Positions 9,819-19,700 of a stretch of DNA of 64,000 nucleotides are shown here, piece after piece. Numbering within the stretch: position 1 is the first letter of the stretch; every line of letters begins with the position of its first letter. The position numbers were made by a program, and so were the translations under genes. Source of the DNA: Salinivirgaceae bacterium (GTDB lineage: Bacteria; Bacteroidota; Bacteroidia; Bacteroidales; SZUA-534). Where the stretch lies: contig JAQICC010000172.1 of the NCBI GenBank assembly GCA_027858735.1, positions 8,201 through 72,200 of the forward strand, given 5' to 3'. The notes under the pieces are model-generated. The model was given only the letters and a program-made list of their open reading frames with translations, was not told the DNA's origin and did no database searches.

Positions 9819-10679
9819 TTAATCGGTTAAAGTAAGTTGTTCGCCGGTTGTTTTAATAAAAACCTCATCTAACGAAGCTTCACGAGTATGCATGCTAATA
9901 ATTTTATTTGACTCCAGAATATTTCTAAATTCAAGGTTCTGTCCTAAATTTTCAAGCTCAAATTCAGCTAAATGAAAACCCGAATTTTGATACTCAACAT
10001 TTAGCAAAGGCTTTCCGAATTTAAGCTTTAAGGCTTTGGGTGAACCTTCTGCCATTATTTGCCCATTGGTTATAAAAGCAACTCGGTCACACAATTCATC
10101 AGCGTCGTGCATGTTATGGGTGGTTAAAAATATGGTTTTACCCTTTGCCTTTAAATCAAGAATAATGTCCTTTATATTTTTTGCGTTAACCGGATCAAGA
10201 CCTGAGGTTGGTTCATCAAAAAACAGGATTTCTGGATCGTGAAGCAAAGCACGTACAAAATTCAAGCGCATTTTCATACCCTTTGAATAATCTTGCGTTT
10301 TTTGATGTGCAGCATCAGTTAGGCCAACCTTATGAAGCAGTTCCATTAAATCGACATTTTTAACTTCATAAAAGGAAGCAAACAACTTAAGATTTTCTAA
10401 TCCAGTGAGCTTTGCATAATGATTTGGCAATTCGAACCCTACACCTATTTTATTGTAATACGAATTATTATAACTTTTTAAATCGTGCCCCATTACCTGA
10501 ATTTGGCCCTTATATTCAGACAGAAGCTTTATTAGTATTTTTTGGGTAGTACTTTTCCCTGCACCACTAGGTCCAAGAAATCCGTATATCTCACCCTTCT
10601 CAATTTTAAAGCTTATACCTTTAATCGTATCAATTTCTTGATTTGGGTATCGAAAGATTAAGTTTGCTACTTGTATCAT
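9819..10679 (-). CDS. ABC transporter ATP-binding protein
   Basis: Walker A GPSGAGKST, signature YSKGMKMRL, Walker B ILFFDEPTSGLD. Confidence 0.9.
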   Translation of the reverse strand: MIQVANLIFRYPNQEIDTIKGISFKIEKGEIYGFLGPSGAGKSTTQKILIKLLSEYKGQIQVMGHDLKSYNNSYYNKIGVGFELPNHYAKLTGLENLKLFASFYEVKNVDLMELLHKVGLTDAAHQKTQDYSKGMKMRLNFVRALLHDPEILFFDEPTSGLDPVNAKNIKDIILDLKAKGKTIFLTTHNMHDADELCDRVAFITNGQIMAEGSPKALKLKFGKPLLNVEYQNSGFHLAEFELENLGQNLEFRNILESNKIISMHTREASLDEVFIKTTGEQLTLTD

Positions 10680-10725
10680 GATTGTATTTTTTAATATTGT
10701 CTACCGGCTTGAAGCCGGCGGTCCA

Positions 10726-11382
10726 TTACTTAGCTTTTATTCCATTCTTTAACATAGCCATTGCCTGATCAATTATCTTTTCAATTTCAGTCTTAGGTAT
10801 ATTGATAATGGGCAATCCGCCTTTTACATTTTCTTCGAAATTAATGTTGTACCTAAATGCAATGTAATCATATAACCAAAGTTGGGTATGAAAAATCTGA
10901 AATGCTACCATTGTAGCATCAGTAATGGCCAGTTTCTTATTAAATTTAGGCATTTCAATTATGGCTTTTGTCTGTTCTACAACCATACCAAACATACCTT
11001 TAACAATATCTGATATTTCACTGGTATCCCGTTCATGCATAACACGAAATAAAAAGCCTCCAATTACCGGATACTCAAGATCGAATTGAATTTTATCAAG
11101 AAAATTTTGCTTAATTAATTTAAAGAAGCCCACTTTAGGGTTTTGAACCAAATCGTTCAGTTTCGATAAGCGTCGTTGGCTGGCGTCGTGTATTAAATAG
11201 GCATACAATTCCTTTTTACTGGAGAAATAACGATAAAACGAACCCTTTGCCAGTCCAAGTTTCTTAATTATTTCGGTAAGTGAAACACTGTTATATCCCT
11301 TTAATGCAAACTCCTCATAACACAACATGAGAATTTGTTCTTGCCGTTCAGGTTTTAAATTTTTGAATGTTTTTTGAGCCAT
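10726..11382 (-). CDS. TetR/AcrR family transcriptional regulator
   Basis: N-terminal HTH SLTEIIKKLGLAKGSFYRYFSSKKELY. First gene of the ABC exporter operon. Confidence 0.85.
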   Translation of the reverse strand: MAQKTFKNLKPERQEQILMLCYEEFALKGYNSVSLTEIIKKLGLAKGSFYRYFSSKKELYAYLIHDASQRRLSKLNDLVQNPKVGFFKLIKQNFLDKIQFDLEYPVIGGFLFRVMHERDTSEISDIVKGMFGMVVEQTKAIIEMPKFNKKLAITDATMVAFQIFHTQLWLYDYIAFRYNINFEENVKGGLPIINIPKTEIEKIIDQAMAMLKNGIKAK

Positions 11383-11395
11383 TAATATAATTTTA

Positions 11396-11419
11396 GCGAC
11401 TATTCAGTCGCCAAATATA
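11396..11419 (-). promoter_or_regulatory. Candidate TetR operator (GCGACT-n4-AGTCGC) abutting a -7 box (TATATTTG on minus strand)
   Basis: Perfect 6-4-6 palindrome at 11396-11411. caaatata at 11412-11419 is the reverse complement of a TAnnTTTG match. An extra GCGACT half-site lies at 11430-11435. Confidence 0.45.
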
Positions 11420-12010
11420 TAAATAAAAAGCGACTTGCGGGTCTCTTTTAATAAATATTTCAAGTTATTTATGTCTTAGGTAGGATATATAAACTAAAAA
11501 AACATTTAACCTGAGGTAGTATGTAGCAATGGTTCGGTAATGTTTTGTAAGTATTTAATTAGTAGCACAATAACCAGCCCAGCCTTTAAAGTTGGGGAAG
11601 TGTATATATGATTGATAAGAATGGTTTTAGTCAAAAAGGGTTTTATTTATTTTTAAAATCTACCGAAATGTTGATGTAGTAATTATAAGATAATTGAACA
11701 CTTGCTTTTTGAGCTTAATAAAAAACTTGGTTCTACTATCAATTTAGTGTGTGATTTTATAAGATGTACATATTTTGATTTTCAGATCAATAGCTCTCAG
11801 TCTTTAGTCCACAGTCAATATGCCGACTGAGAACTGCATATCCCGAAAAAATCATATCTTCAATTTGCATATTTTTTCGAGGCTCCTCGAAAATTAATTT
11901 GAATCATAGATTCAATAATTTTCGGTTCAGATTAAAAATAGAATTGAATGTGTAATGCAATCCAGAGTTATCAATCCCTAAACCCAATAATTTGGTATTA
12001 ATATGGTAAT

Positions 12011-12030
12011 TGTAGGGTTTAAATAGGGTA
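12011..12030 (+). promoter_or_regulatory. TAGGGT direct-repeat pair (11-bp phasing) upstream of GH16 gene 1
   Basis: tgTAGGGTttaaaTAGGGTa. Hexamers at 12013-12018 and 12024-12029, 38 bp upstream of the -7 box. Confidence 0.5.
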
Positions 12031-12061
12031 ACAAAAACCAACTTATCACCATGACACCGTA

Positions 12062-12069
12062 TAATTTTG
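12062..12069 (+). promoter_or_regulatory. Bacteroidota -7 promoter box (TAATTTTG)
   Basis: Matches the TAnnTTTG consensus, 31 nt upstream of ATG 12100. Confidence 0.45.
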
Positions 12070-12099
12070 TAACGAATTAATAATATAAAATTGAGCGTT

Positions 12100-13266
12100 A
12101 TGAAAAAGCAAATTTACCTTATTCTAATCTTATTCATTACAACAAACATTAGCGTTTTTGCCCAATGGGAGCTGATTTGGTCAGATGATTTCGATGAAAC
12201 CAGTCTTGATACAACTAAGTGGTTATATGCAACAGGCATAAATCCTCATAATAATGAACAACAATACTACACCGATTTAGAAGAAAATATTCGGGTTAAT
12301 GATGGATTATTGACCATTGAAGTGTTGGAAAAAGAAGTTGAAGGGAAAGACTATACCTCGGCCCGATTAAATTCAAAAGAAACCTGGTGCTATGGAAAAA
12401 TGGAAATTAAGGCTAAGTTAACCAAAGGGGTTGGTGTTTGGCCTGCCATTTGGATGTATCCTGAAAATGAGATATATGGTAATTGGCCCCGCAGTGGCGA
12501 AATTGATATTATGGAATATTGGAGTTGGGATAGTGTTGGCATTTATGGCAATGCTCATTGCGAAGAATTTAACCACATGAAACACGCCGAAAGACAAGGG
12601 CGTTTTGCCAATGCAACACCTTCTGAAGAATTTCATGTATATGGCCTTGAATGGTACAAAGACCAAATGACCTGGTTGGTTGATGGTAAAGTGTTTTTAA
12701 CTATATATAACGACAATACGATTGAATCTTATCCATTTGACCATCCGTTTAAATTTATTTTGAATGTTGCAGTTGAGAGTGTTGGCCCTGGAAATGAACA
12801 CACATGGATAAAAAGAACAATGGAGATTGATTACGTGAAAGTTTATAAAGGACCAGAAAATGGACCTGAAGCCGAGGTTCATAATATTCCTGGAACAATA
12901 AAAGCCGATGCCTTTTATAAATTTAAAGGTGCTAAAAAAGAAGCAAATACTATTCAGTATAACACCGACTTATTACTGCATAACACCGACTTTTTAAGCT
13001 ACAACACCAATTGTGAAAAACAAGGACTATATAATATAAAAATGGAAATAGCGAATACAGACACGCTTTGTTTATTAAATATTAAAAGTAAAAACCAAAA
13101 GACAACAGTTGAAGTTCCTGTAAACAAAACCAATGTTTTAACAAGCATTGATGCACAACTGTTTCTATCAAAAGGACTACAAACCATTGACATTTCAAGT
13201 TCCGGAAACCTAAAACTTTCCGATTTAAACATTGAATTTATTAGCGAAAAAGCTGTAAAAAATTAA
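12100..13266 (+). CDS. GH16 endo-beta-1,3-glucanase (laminarinase-like) with degenerate CBM6-like tail and no T9SS sorting domain
   Basis: Signal peptide then AQWELIWSDDF. Catalytic GEIDIMEY (ExDxxE), WPAIWM. The C-terminal 130 aa align with the CBM6 of the next paralog but lack its aromatic residues. ATG 12100 preferred over the tracked TTG 12091. Confidence 0.85.
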   Translation: MKKQIYLILILFITTNISVFAQWELIWSDDFDETSLDTTKWLYATGINPHNNEQQYYTDLEENIRVNDGLLTIEVLEKEVEGKDYTSARLNSKETWCYGKMEIKAKLTKGVGVWPAIWMYPENEIYGNWPRSGEIDIMEYWSWDSVGIYGNAHCEEFNHMKHAERQGRFANATPSEEFHVYGLEWYKDQMTWLVDGKVFLTIYNDNTIESYPFDHPFKFILNVAVESVGPGNEHTWIKRTMEIDYVKVYKGPENGPEAEVHNIPGTIKADAFYKFKGAKKEANTIQYNTDLLLHNTDFLSYNTNCEKQGLYNIKMEIANTDTLCLLNIKSKNQKTTVEVPVNKTNVLTSIDAQLFLSKGLQTIDISSSGNLKLSDLNIEFISEKAVKN

Positions 13267-13276
13267 CGGGTAGCGC

Positions 13277-14695
13277 ATGGATAAAAAAACTTTATTACTG
13301 GTAGTTCTATTTTTTGCCATCAGCAATGTACTTATGGCACAATGGAACCTTATATGGTCTGATGAATTTGATTATTCAGGTTTACCAGACACTGAGAAAT
13401 GGATATTTGAACATGGTCCAAATTGGTATAATGGTGAATTGCAATATTATACCAACGAACGAACCGAAAATTGCAGGGTTGAAAATGGTAATTTAATCAT
13501 TGAAGCTATTCATGAAGATTATGAAGATAAAAATTACACATCGGCTCGATTAAACTCTGTTGTAGGCTGGAAATATGGGCGTTATGAAATTCGTGCAAAA
13601 TTAACTCAAGGCAATAAACTTTGGCCCGCCATATGGATGTTCCCAGAGAGCGAGATTTATGGCACATGGCCAAAAAGTGGTGAGATTGACATTATGGAAT
13701 ATTGGAGTTGGGATCCAAACGCAATATATGGCACTATTCACACCGAGGCCTACAACCACCCTAACGGTACTGAAAAACAAGGACGGGTGGAAATAGCGGA
13801 CTTATCAAACGAATATCATGTTTTTACAGTTGAGTGGTACGAAGATCAAATTAGATGGTTTGTAGATGACAACATCTTTTATACGATCTATAACGAAGGT
13901 ACAACCCAAACCTACCCCTTCGATCATCCATTTCATTTCATATTAAACATTGCTGTAGAATCAGGCGCTCCTGGTGAAGAAGATTCATGGATTAAACCGA
14001 CAATGGAAATTGACTACGTTAGGGTTTATGAAGGCCCTCTGCAAGGACCTGAAAAAGAATACGCTCAAATGCCTGGTAAAGTTGAGGCCGAAAACTTTGT
14101 TAATGCGCAAGGTGTTAAAGTTGAAAATTGTAATGAAGGTGGTAAAAATGTCGGTTATATTGAACCGAATGACTTTATGGAGTATGATGTTAATGTGCTG
14201 GAAAGTAATGAATACACAATAGCATTTCGTGTTGCATCGGTTGCTGCAGGAAATGATTTTGATGTTTATTTAAACGATAATTTAATCTGTAATGTAGAAG
14301 TTACTAATACCAATGGTTGGCAATCATGGAAAACGGTTGAGGTGAATGCGTCACTTGAAAAAGGTAAACAACTTTTAAGGATAGTTAGTAATGGAAATTT
14401 TAATTTAAACTGGTTTGAAGTTAACGATAAAACAGTTGATATGAATAGAATAAATAATAAAACCGATTTTTTATTAGTGCCCAACCCCTCAAAAGGAACA
14501 GCTATTATTAAGATTAGTGAGGGTATGATATATAGAAAAGTTATTGTAGTTAATCAAATTGGTGAGACAATTTTAGACTCTTATGTAATGCAAAAGGACG
14601 AATTTAAACTTGAGAAACTAAACAAAGGGTTGTATGTGGTAATACTCTATGATCATTTTCAAAACCTTCAAGCAAAAAAGCTTATTGTTGAATAA
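13277..14695 (+). CDS. GH16 laminarinase-like glycoside hydrolase + CBM6 + T9SS C-terminal sorting domain
   Basis: GEIDIMEY, WPAIWM. CBM6-like MPGKVEAENF...NGWQSWKTV...NLNWFEV. C-terminal LVPNPSKGTAII...GLYVVILY...KLIVE sorting tail. Lies 10 nt after the previous gene, so probably co-transcribed. Confidence 0.9.
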   Translation: MDKKTLLLVVLFFAISNVLMAQWNLIWSDEFDYSGLPDTEKWIFEHGPNWYNGELQYYTNERTENCRVENGNLIIEAIHEDYEDKNYTSARLNSVVGWKYGRYEIRAKLTQGNKLWPAIWMFPESEIYGTWPKSGEIDIMEYWSWDPNAIYGTIHTEAYNHPNGTEKQGRVEIADLSNEYHVFTVEWYEDQIRWFVDDNIFYTIYNEGTTQTYPFDHPFHFILNIAVESGAPGEEDSWIKPTMEIDYVRVYEGPLQGPEKEYAQMPGKVEAENFVNAQGVKVENCNEGGKNVGYIEPNDFMEYDVNVLESNEYTIAFRVASVAAGNDFDVYLNDNLICNVEVTNTNGWQSWKTVEVNASLEKGKQLLRIVSNGNFNLNWFEVNDKTVDMNRINNKTDFLLVPNPSKGTAIIKISEGMIYRKVIVVNQIGETILDSYVMQKDEFKLEKLNKGLYVVILYDHFQNLQAKKLIVE

Positions 14696-14749
14696 AAAAG
14701 GTTTCATTTTTCCCCAACATAAATGCAATTATTCACCTATTTAGTAAAA

Positions 14750-14790
14750 AGTAGGGTTTAAGTAGGGTCGGCAGAAGGTACATGTAGGGC
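14750..14790 (+). promoter_or_regulatory. TAGGG(T/C) direct repeats (11- and 22-bp phasing) upstream of GH16 gene 3
   Basis: TAGGGT at 14752 and 14763, TAGGGC at 14785. -7-like TACTTTTC at 14802-14809. Confidence 0.5.
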
Positions 14791-14823
14791 TAGTACAGCA
14801 GTACTTTTCTCTTCACTCATCGT

Positions 14824-14877
14824 AAAAGTTAAAAGCAGGTGCTGAAATTCAATATCCTGTTTTTAACTTTTTTTACT
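14824..14877 (+). terminator. 16-bp AT-rich hairpin plus T-run between the candidate promoter and the start of GH16 gene 3 (terminator or attenuator)
   Basis: aaaagttaaaagcagg (14824-14839) pairs with cctgtttttaactttt (14856-14871), followed by ttttt. Confidence 0.45.
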
Positions 14878-14890
14878 TAAACTTAATAAT

Positions 14891-16420
14891 ATGAAACAAG
14901 CATTTAAGAAACACTCAGAAATTGACTTATGCTCCTCAAAATTATTTAGAGCTATAGTATTAAACAAATTGCTAAACGTAGCTAGTATAAAAAAATACAT
15001 GTTATTCTTATTTTGCACCTTAAGTACACTGATACTATCAGCTCAATGGGTTCAGGTATGGGGCGATGAGTTTAACTATAACGGAAATATTGATGCGTCA
15101 AAATGGTATTTTGAATCAGGTGCCAATTGGCCAAATGGAGAATTGCAATATTATACCGATAATAGATCAGATAACTGCAGAGTAAATGGAACGCATCTTA
15201 TAATTGAAGCCAAACAAGAATCGTACGGAGGTAAAAACTATACCAGTGCACGAATAAATTCAAGAGAAAGCTGGACCTATGGAAAATTTGAAATGAGTGC
15301 CCGGCTTACAAAAGGAAATGCCTTATGGCCCGCATTTTGGTTATTACCAGACGATATTTTAACCGGGGCACCTTGGCCTTATTGCGGTGAAATTGACATA
15401 ATGGAATATTGGAGTTGGGCTCCTTACACTATACGGGGTACCATTCATACTGATGCCTATAATCACATAGACCACACCGAAAAGCAAGGTGTTATAGACC
15501 TTAGTAATCATCCCGGTGATGATTTTCATACCTACAGTGCAATTTGGGGACCCGATCGCATTGATTGGTTTGTTGATGAGGTGTGGTTTTTTGGCTTCGA
15601 TAATGAAAATACGACTGAAACCTGGCCATTTAATAAACCATTTCATGTTTTATTAAACTTGGCAGTTGAAGGTTGGCTGCTTGAAGATTCTAACAATATA
15701 AACACCTGGACAAAACAAACCATGGAGGTTGATTATGTTAAGGTGTACCAGTGGGGAGTGCAGTCATCAACTCCTATTGGACAAACCGTGCATATTAAAG
15801 GAAGTAATGGAAAATATTTAAGTTCAGAGAATGGTACATCGGGTATTATTTGTAATAGAACTGCACCGGGCGGATGGGAAACTTTTGAAATAGTGAATGC
15901 TGGCAATAACCTTATTGCTTTAAAAGGGAACAATAATAAGTATGTTAGTTCAGAAAATGGACTTAGCGATATGTATTGCAATAGAAGCTCATTTGGCGAT
16001 TGGGAAAAATTTGAATGGATTGATCATGGCAATGGCGATTTTTCACTTAAAGCTACTAACAACCAATATGTTACTTCGAATAATGGCGCTTCGGCATTGA
16101 TATGTGATCGCACGACAATTCAGGGTTGGGAAAAATTCACCTATGAAAGTGCTAGCTCAAAATCAGCAGACATTAGTAATATTATCAAAAAAGAAAACAT
16201 TAGCCTTTATCCGAACCCGGCAAGCGATTACGTAATAATTGATGGTTTGAAGGATATGAACTTCATTAATTTGTATGATAGAGCCGGAAAATTAATTCTT
16301 CAAAAAAGCATAAGGAATACAAAGCAAACCATTGACTTAAAAAATATAAACTCTGGTATTTATTTCTTTAAAATATCAGGTTTCAATGGTAATAATGTGT
16401 ATAAACTAATCATTCAATAA
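14891..16420 (+). CDS. GH16 laminarinase-like hydrolase + three-fold beta-trefoil (fascin-like) domain + T9SS sorting domain
   Basis: GEIDIMEY, WPAFWL. Three repeats of G.KYVSSENG...CNR...GWEKF. C-terminal LYPNPASDYVII...GIYFFKI...YKLIIQ. The start is uncertain; an alternative ATG at 14999 sits closer to the signal peptide. Confidence 0.85.
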   Translation: MKQAFKKHSEIDLCSSKLFRAIVLNKLLNVASIKKYMLFLFCTLSTLILSAQWVQVWGDEFNYNGNIDASKWYFESGANWPNGELQYYTDNRSDNCRVNGTHLIIEAKQESYGGKNYTSARINSRESWTYGKFEMSARLTKGNALWPAFWLLPDDILTGAPWPYCGEIDIMEYWSWAPYTIRGTIHTDAYNHIDHTEKQGVIDLSNHPGDDFHTYSAIWGPDRIDWFVDEVWFFGFDNENTTETWPFNKPFHVLLNLAVEGWLLEDSNNINTWTKQTMEVDYVKVYQWGVQSSTPIGQTVHIKGSNGKYLSSENGTSGIICNRTAPGGWETFEIVNAGNNLIALKGNNNKYVSSENGLSDMYCNRSSFGDWEKFEWIDHGNGDFSLKATNNQYVTSNNGASALICDRTTIQGWEKFTYESASSKSADISNIIKKENISLYPNPASDYVIIDGLKDMNFINLYDRAGKLILQKSIRNTKQTIDLKNINSGIYFFKISGFNGNNVYKLIIQ

Positions 16421-16511
16421 AACATTAAACACCTATTTGTTAATGTAGAATATTAGCAAATTACAAAATAGAAAAATAAAATAGGGTTAGTTATTTAGTT
16501 TACTCCAGACA

Positions 16512-16547
16512 ATCACCCCTACTTAAACAAGTAGGGGTGATGTTTTT
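16512..16547 (+). terminator. Rho-independent terminator after GH16 gene 3
   Basis: atcacccctac-ttaaacaa-gtaggggtgat hairpin followed by tgttttt. Confidence 0.7.
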
Positions 16548-16655
16548 AGATACTGACAGTTTAACTTCAACAAGCCTCGCAAAACCTTTATAACAACCTT
16601 TACCTCTGCATCTTATCAATATATTAAAGAATACCAAATCTCGGTATCAAATACT

Positions 16656-16686
16656 TGTAGGGTTTTGGGAGATGATTTGTAGGGGG
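16656..16686 (+). promoter_or_regulatory. TAGGG(T/G) direct repeats (22-bp phasing) upstream of GH16 gene 4
   Basis: TAGGGT at 16658-16663, TAGGGG at 16680-16685. -7 box TAGTTTTG at 16717-16724 (37 bp). Confidence 0.5.
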
Positions 16687-16780
16687 CCAATTTTTTAGCT
16701 AACAGCCTTATAATTTTAGTTTTGTTTGAGACTATTTCAACATAAAATAATAGCTCCAGTGTTAACTAAAAATTGTAATT

Positions 16781-19700
16781 ATGAAAAAACTAACTTTAAA
16801 TTTATTTCTTGTACTAACTGCTTTAAGCAGCTTTTCACAATGGAATCTTGTATGGTCCGACGAATTTAATTACACAGGTGAACCCGATGTAAATAAATGG
16901 TCGTATGACCCAGGCCCAAACCCCTATAACAATGAAATGCAATATTATTCTACAAACCTTGAAAACACCAGGGTTGAAAATGGCAATCTTGTTATGGAAG
17001 TTAAGCAAGAAGCTATGGGTGAAAAGAATTATACTTCATCAAGAATAAATACCAAAACAAAAGCCAGTTGGACATACGGTAAAATGGAAGCTCGCATGAA
17101 GCTAACTGAAGGCGAGAAGCTTTGGCCTGCATTTTGGATGATGCCTGTTACCAATACCTACGGCACCTGGCCAGCAAGTGGCGAAATCGATATTATGGAA
17201 TATTGGAGTTGGGATGATGCTGCTACTTTTGGTAATTATCATTGTGCAAATTATTTCGCTAAATACGGTTTGCGAAAAGCAATTACGAACCCAAGCACCG
17301 ATTGGCATTTATTCGGTGTAGAATGGAGCGAGAGTAAAATTATTTTCTCAGTTGATAATGAGGCATATGCCACATACAATAATCCGGGTACAGGGAGCAA
17401 CGATTGGCCCTTTAATAAACCATTTTACATTATTTTTAACATTGCCGTTGAAGAGGGTGCAACAGGTAAAGATAGTACATGGACAAAAACAACGGTAGAA
17501 GTTGATTATGTGCGTGTTTATACTGCAGGTCCCGTAGTACCCGTAATTGGCATTGGACTAAATACTAACGAAACTGAAGTAACTAAATATGGCACAACAC
17601 AATTAGTTGCCAGCATAGAACCCGCAAATGCATCAAATAAAGATATTATCTGGACATCAAGCAACGAAGCCATCGCAAAAGTTAATACATCAGGTGTTGT
17701 AACTGGCATAGCAAACGGAACAGCTACCATAACAGCTACCACAAGTGATGGCAATAAAACTGCTAGTTGCACGGTTACGGTTGCAGGAACCGCACCTTGC
17801 AGTTTGCTCACCATTTTCAATGTTCCATTGAGTCAGCCACTACCAGTTATTGATAAAAGTTTTACAAATATTCATGTTTTAGGAAGCGATGGGCCAGATT
17901 TAAGTAACCTAACTTCATTTCAAGTTGCATGGGATGCTAATAACAGTGCACTTTACAATTTTGCCTTTAATACCAGCAACGGTAATCCTGGATGGTGGTT
18001 CGATTTAAATGCTAAAACCATGCAAACGTTTGACTCTCCAAACCCTTCATGCACAATAAGCGGCTCGGGCATTAATGGTTTAGATGGCGAATACTATGTA
18101 AACGTAGATAACAACAATTTTGTGATGGTTGAAAAGAACAGTTTATATGCCATTTATCTAAGTAATTCGAGTATTGCTCCGGATGGCTGTTCACAATCAA
18201 CCATTGACACCGAAGCACCAACTACACCAGCAAATATTACTTCAATACCCTCTTCAAATTCAGTTCAATTAAACTGGAATGCCAGTAGCGACAATATTGG
18301 AGTAGCTGCTTATAACATCTATGAAAGCTCGGTATTGATAGCCACTATTAATTCTACAAACTACACTGTTAACAGCTTGTCTGCGTCAACACAATATAGC
18401 TTTAGTATTCAGGCAATTGATGCAGCAGGTAATTTATCACAAAAAGCTAATATAACAGTTACTACTAATGAGGAAGTAGATCTTATTAAACCAACAACAC
18501 CATCTAATTTAACTGCTGAAGTTAGCACAAACTCAATAATTTTAAATTGGTCAGCTTCAAGCGATAATGTTGGTGTTAGCGGATACAATATTTATAATGG
18601 TTCAGCACTCATAACCAGTACGCTACAAACAAATACAAACGTTCATAATCTTGATCCTGGAACCATGTATACTTTTTATATAGAAGCCTTTGATGAAGCT
18701 GGCAACACTTCGCTAAAAGCAAGCAATACTTTTACCACAAAAACAAACACAGTGAATTTTCCTTTAAAAATTGAAGCTGAAGATTATTCTTCAATGTTAG
18801 GTATTAAAACTCAGGCTTGTTCTGAAGGTACTGAAAACGTTGGCTGGACAAATGCTGGCGATTATTTAAAATATACGCTTACAATACCCACAGAAGGTGA
18901 TTATTTGCTAAGCTATAGAGTTGCATCTCTTAATGGCGGTGGCAAATTAAATTTGAAAGCCGATTACAGCAATGATATATTGGCTGAACTAACTATTCCT
19001 AATACTGGAGGTTGGCAAGTTTGGACAACACAAAGTCATACCGCTCATCTCGCGGCAGGCACCTATAGCATAACTCTTGAAGTTATTATTGGCGGTTTTA
19101 ACCTTAACTATTTTACCATTGAACCCGAAAATACAACTCCTGTAAACCCTTTATTTATTGAAGCTGAAGACTATGTAGATTACTTTGGAATTGAAACTGA
19201 AAATTGTTCTGAGGGCACGCTGAACATAGGTTGGGTTGATATGGGAGATTGGATGGCTTACAATATAGACATACCTGAAGAAGGTTTATATAATATTGAT
19301 TTAAGAGTAGCCAGTAGTGTTAACGGTGGTAAAATAAGCATTGAAAACTTTGGAGGCAGCCCCATTTACAATACAATTGATGTACCCAATACTAATGGCT
19401 GGCAAAACTGGACAACCATTACAACCCAAGTTGATTTAAATGCAGGTAATCAAACCATTGCACTCACGGCTGCTCAGGGTGGTTGGAATTTAAACTGGCT
19501 ACAGTTAAGCAAAAACACGGCGAAAAATGCAACACTTTCCATAGAAAACGATCGAGCTAAAATTAAGTGTTATCCAACCATTGCCAGTTCCACTATAACC
19601 ATTGATAATATTAACAATTATGATGCGCTTAAACTCCATCTATTCTCGTCAATCGGCACGCTAATTAAAACAGCGTATTTAGAAAATGCATATACTAAAA

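Noticed and set aside
12011-12030. Resemblance of GGGTTTA/TTTAGGG units to eukaryotic telomere repeats
   Set aside because: There are only two to three units per site, always in promoter regions of a bacterial genome. A regulatory binding site is the economical explanation.
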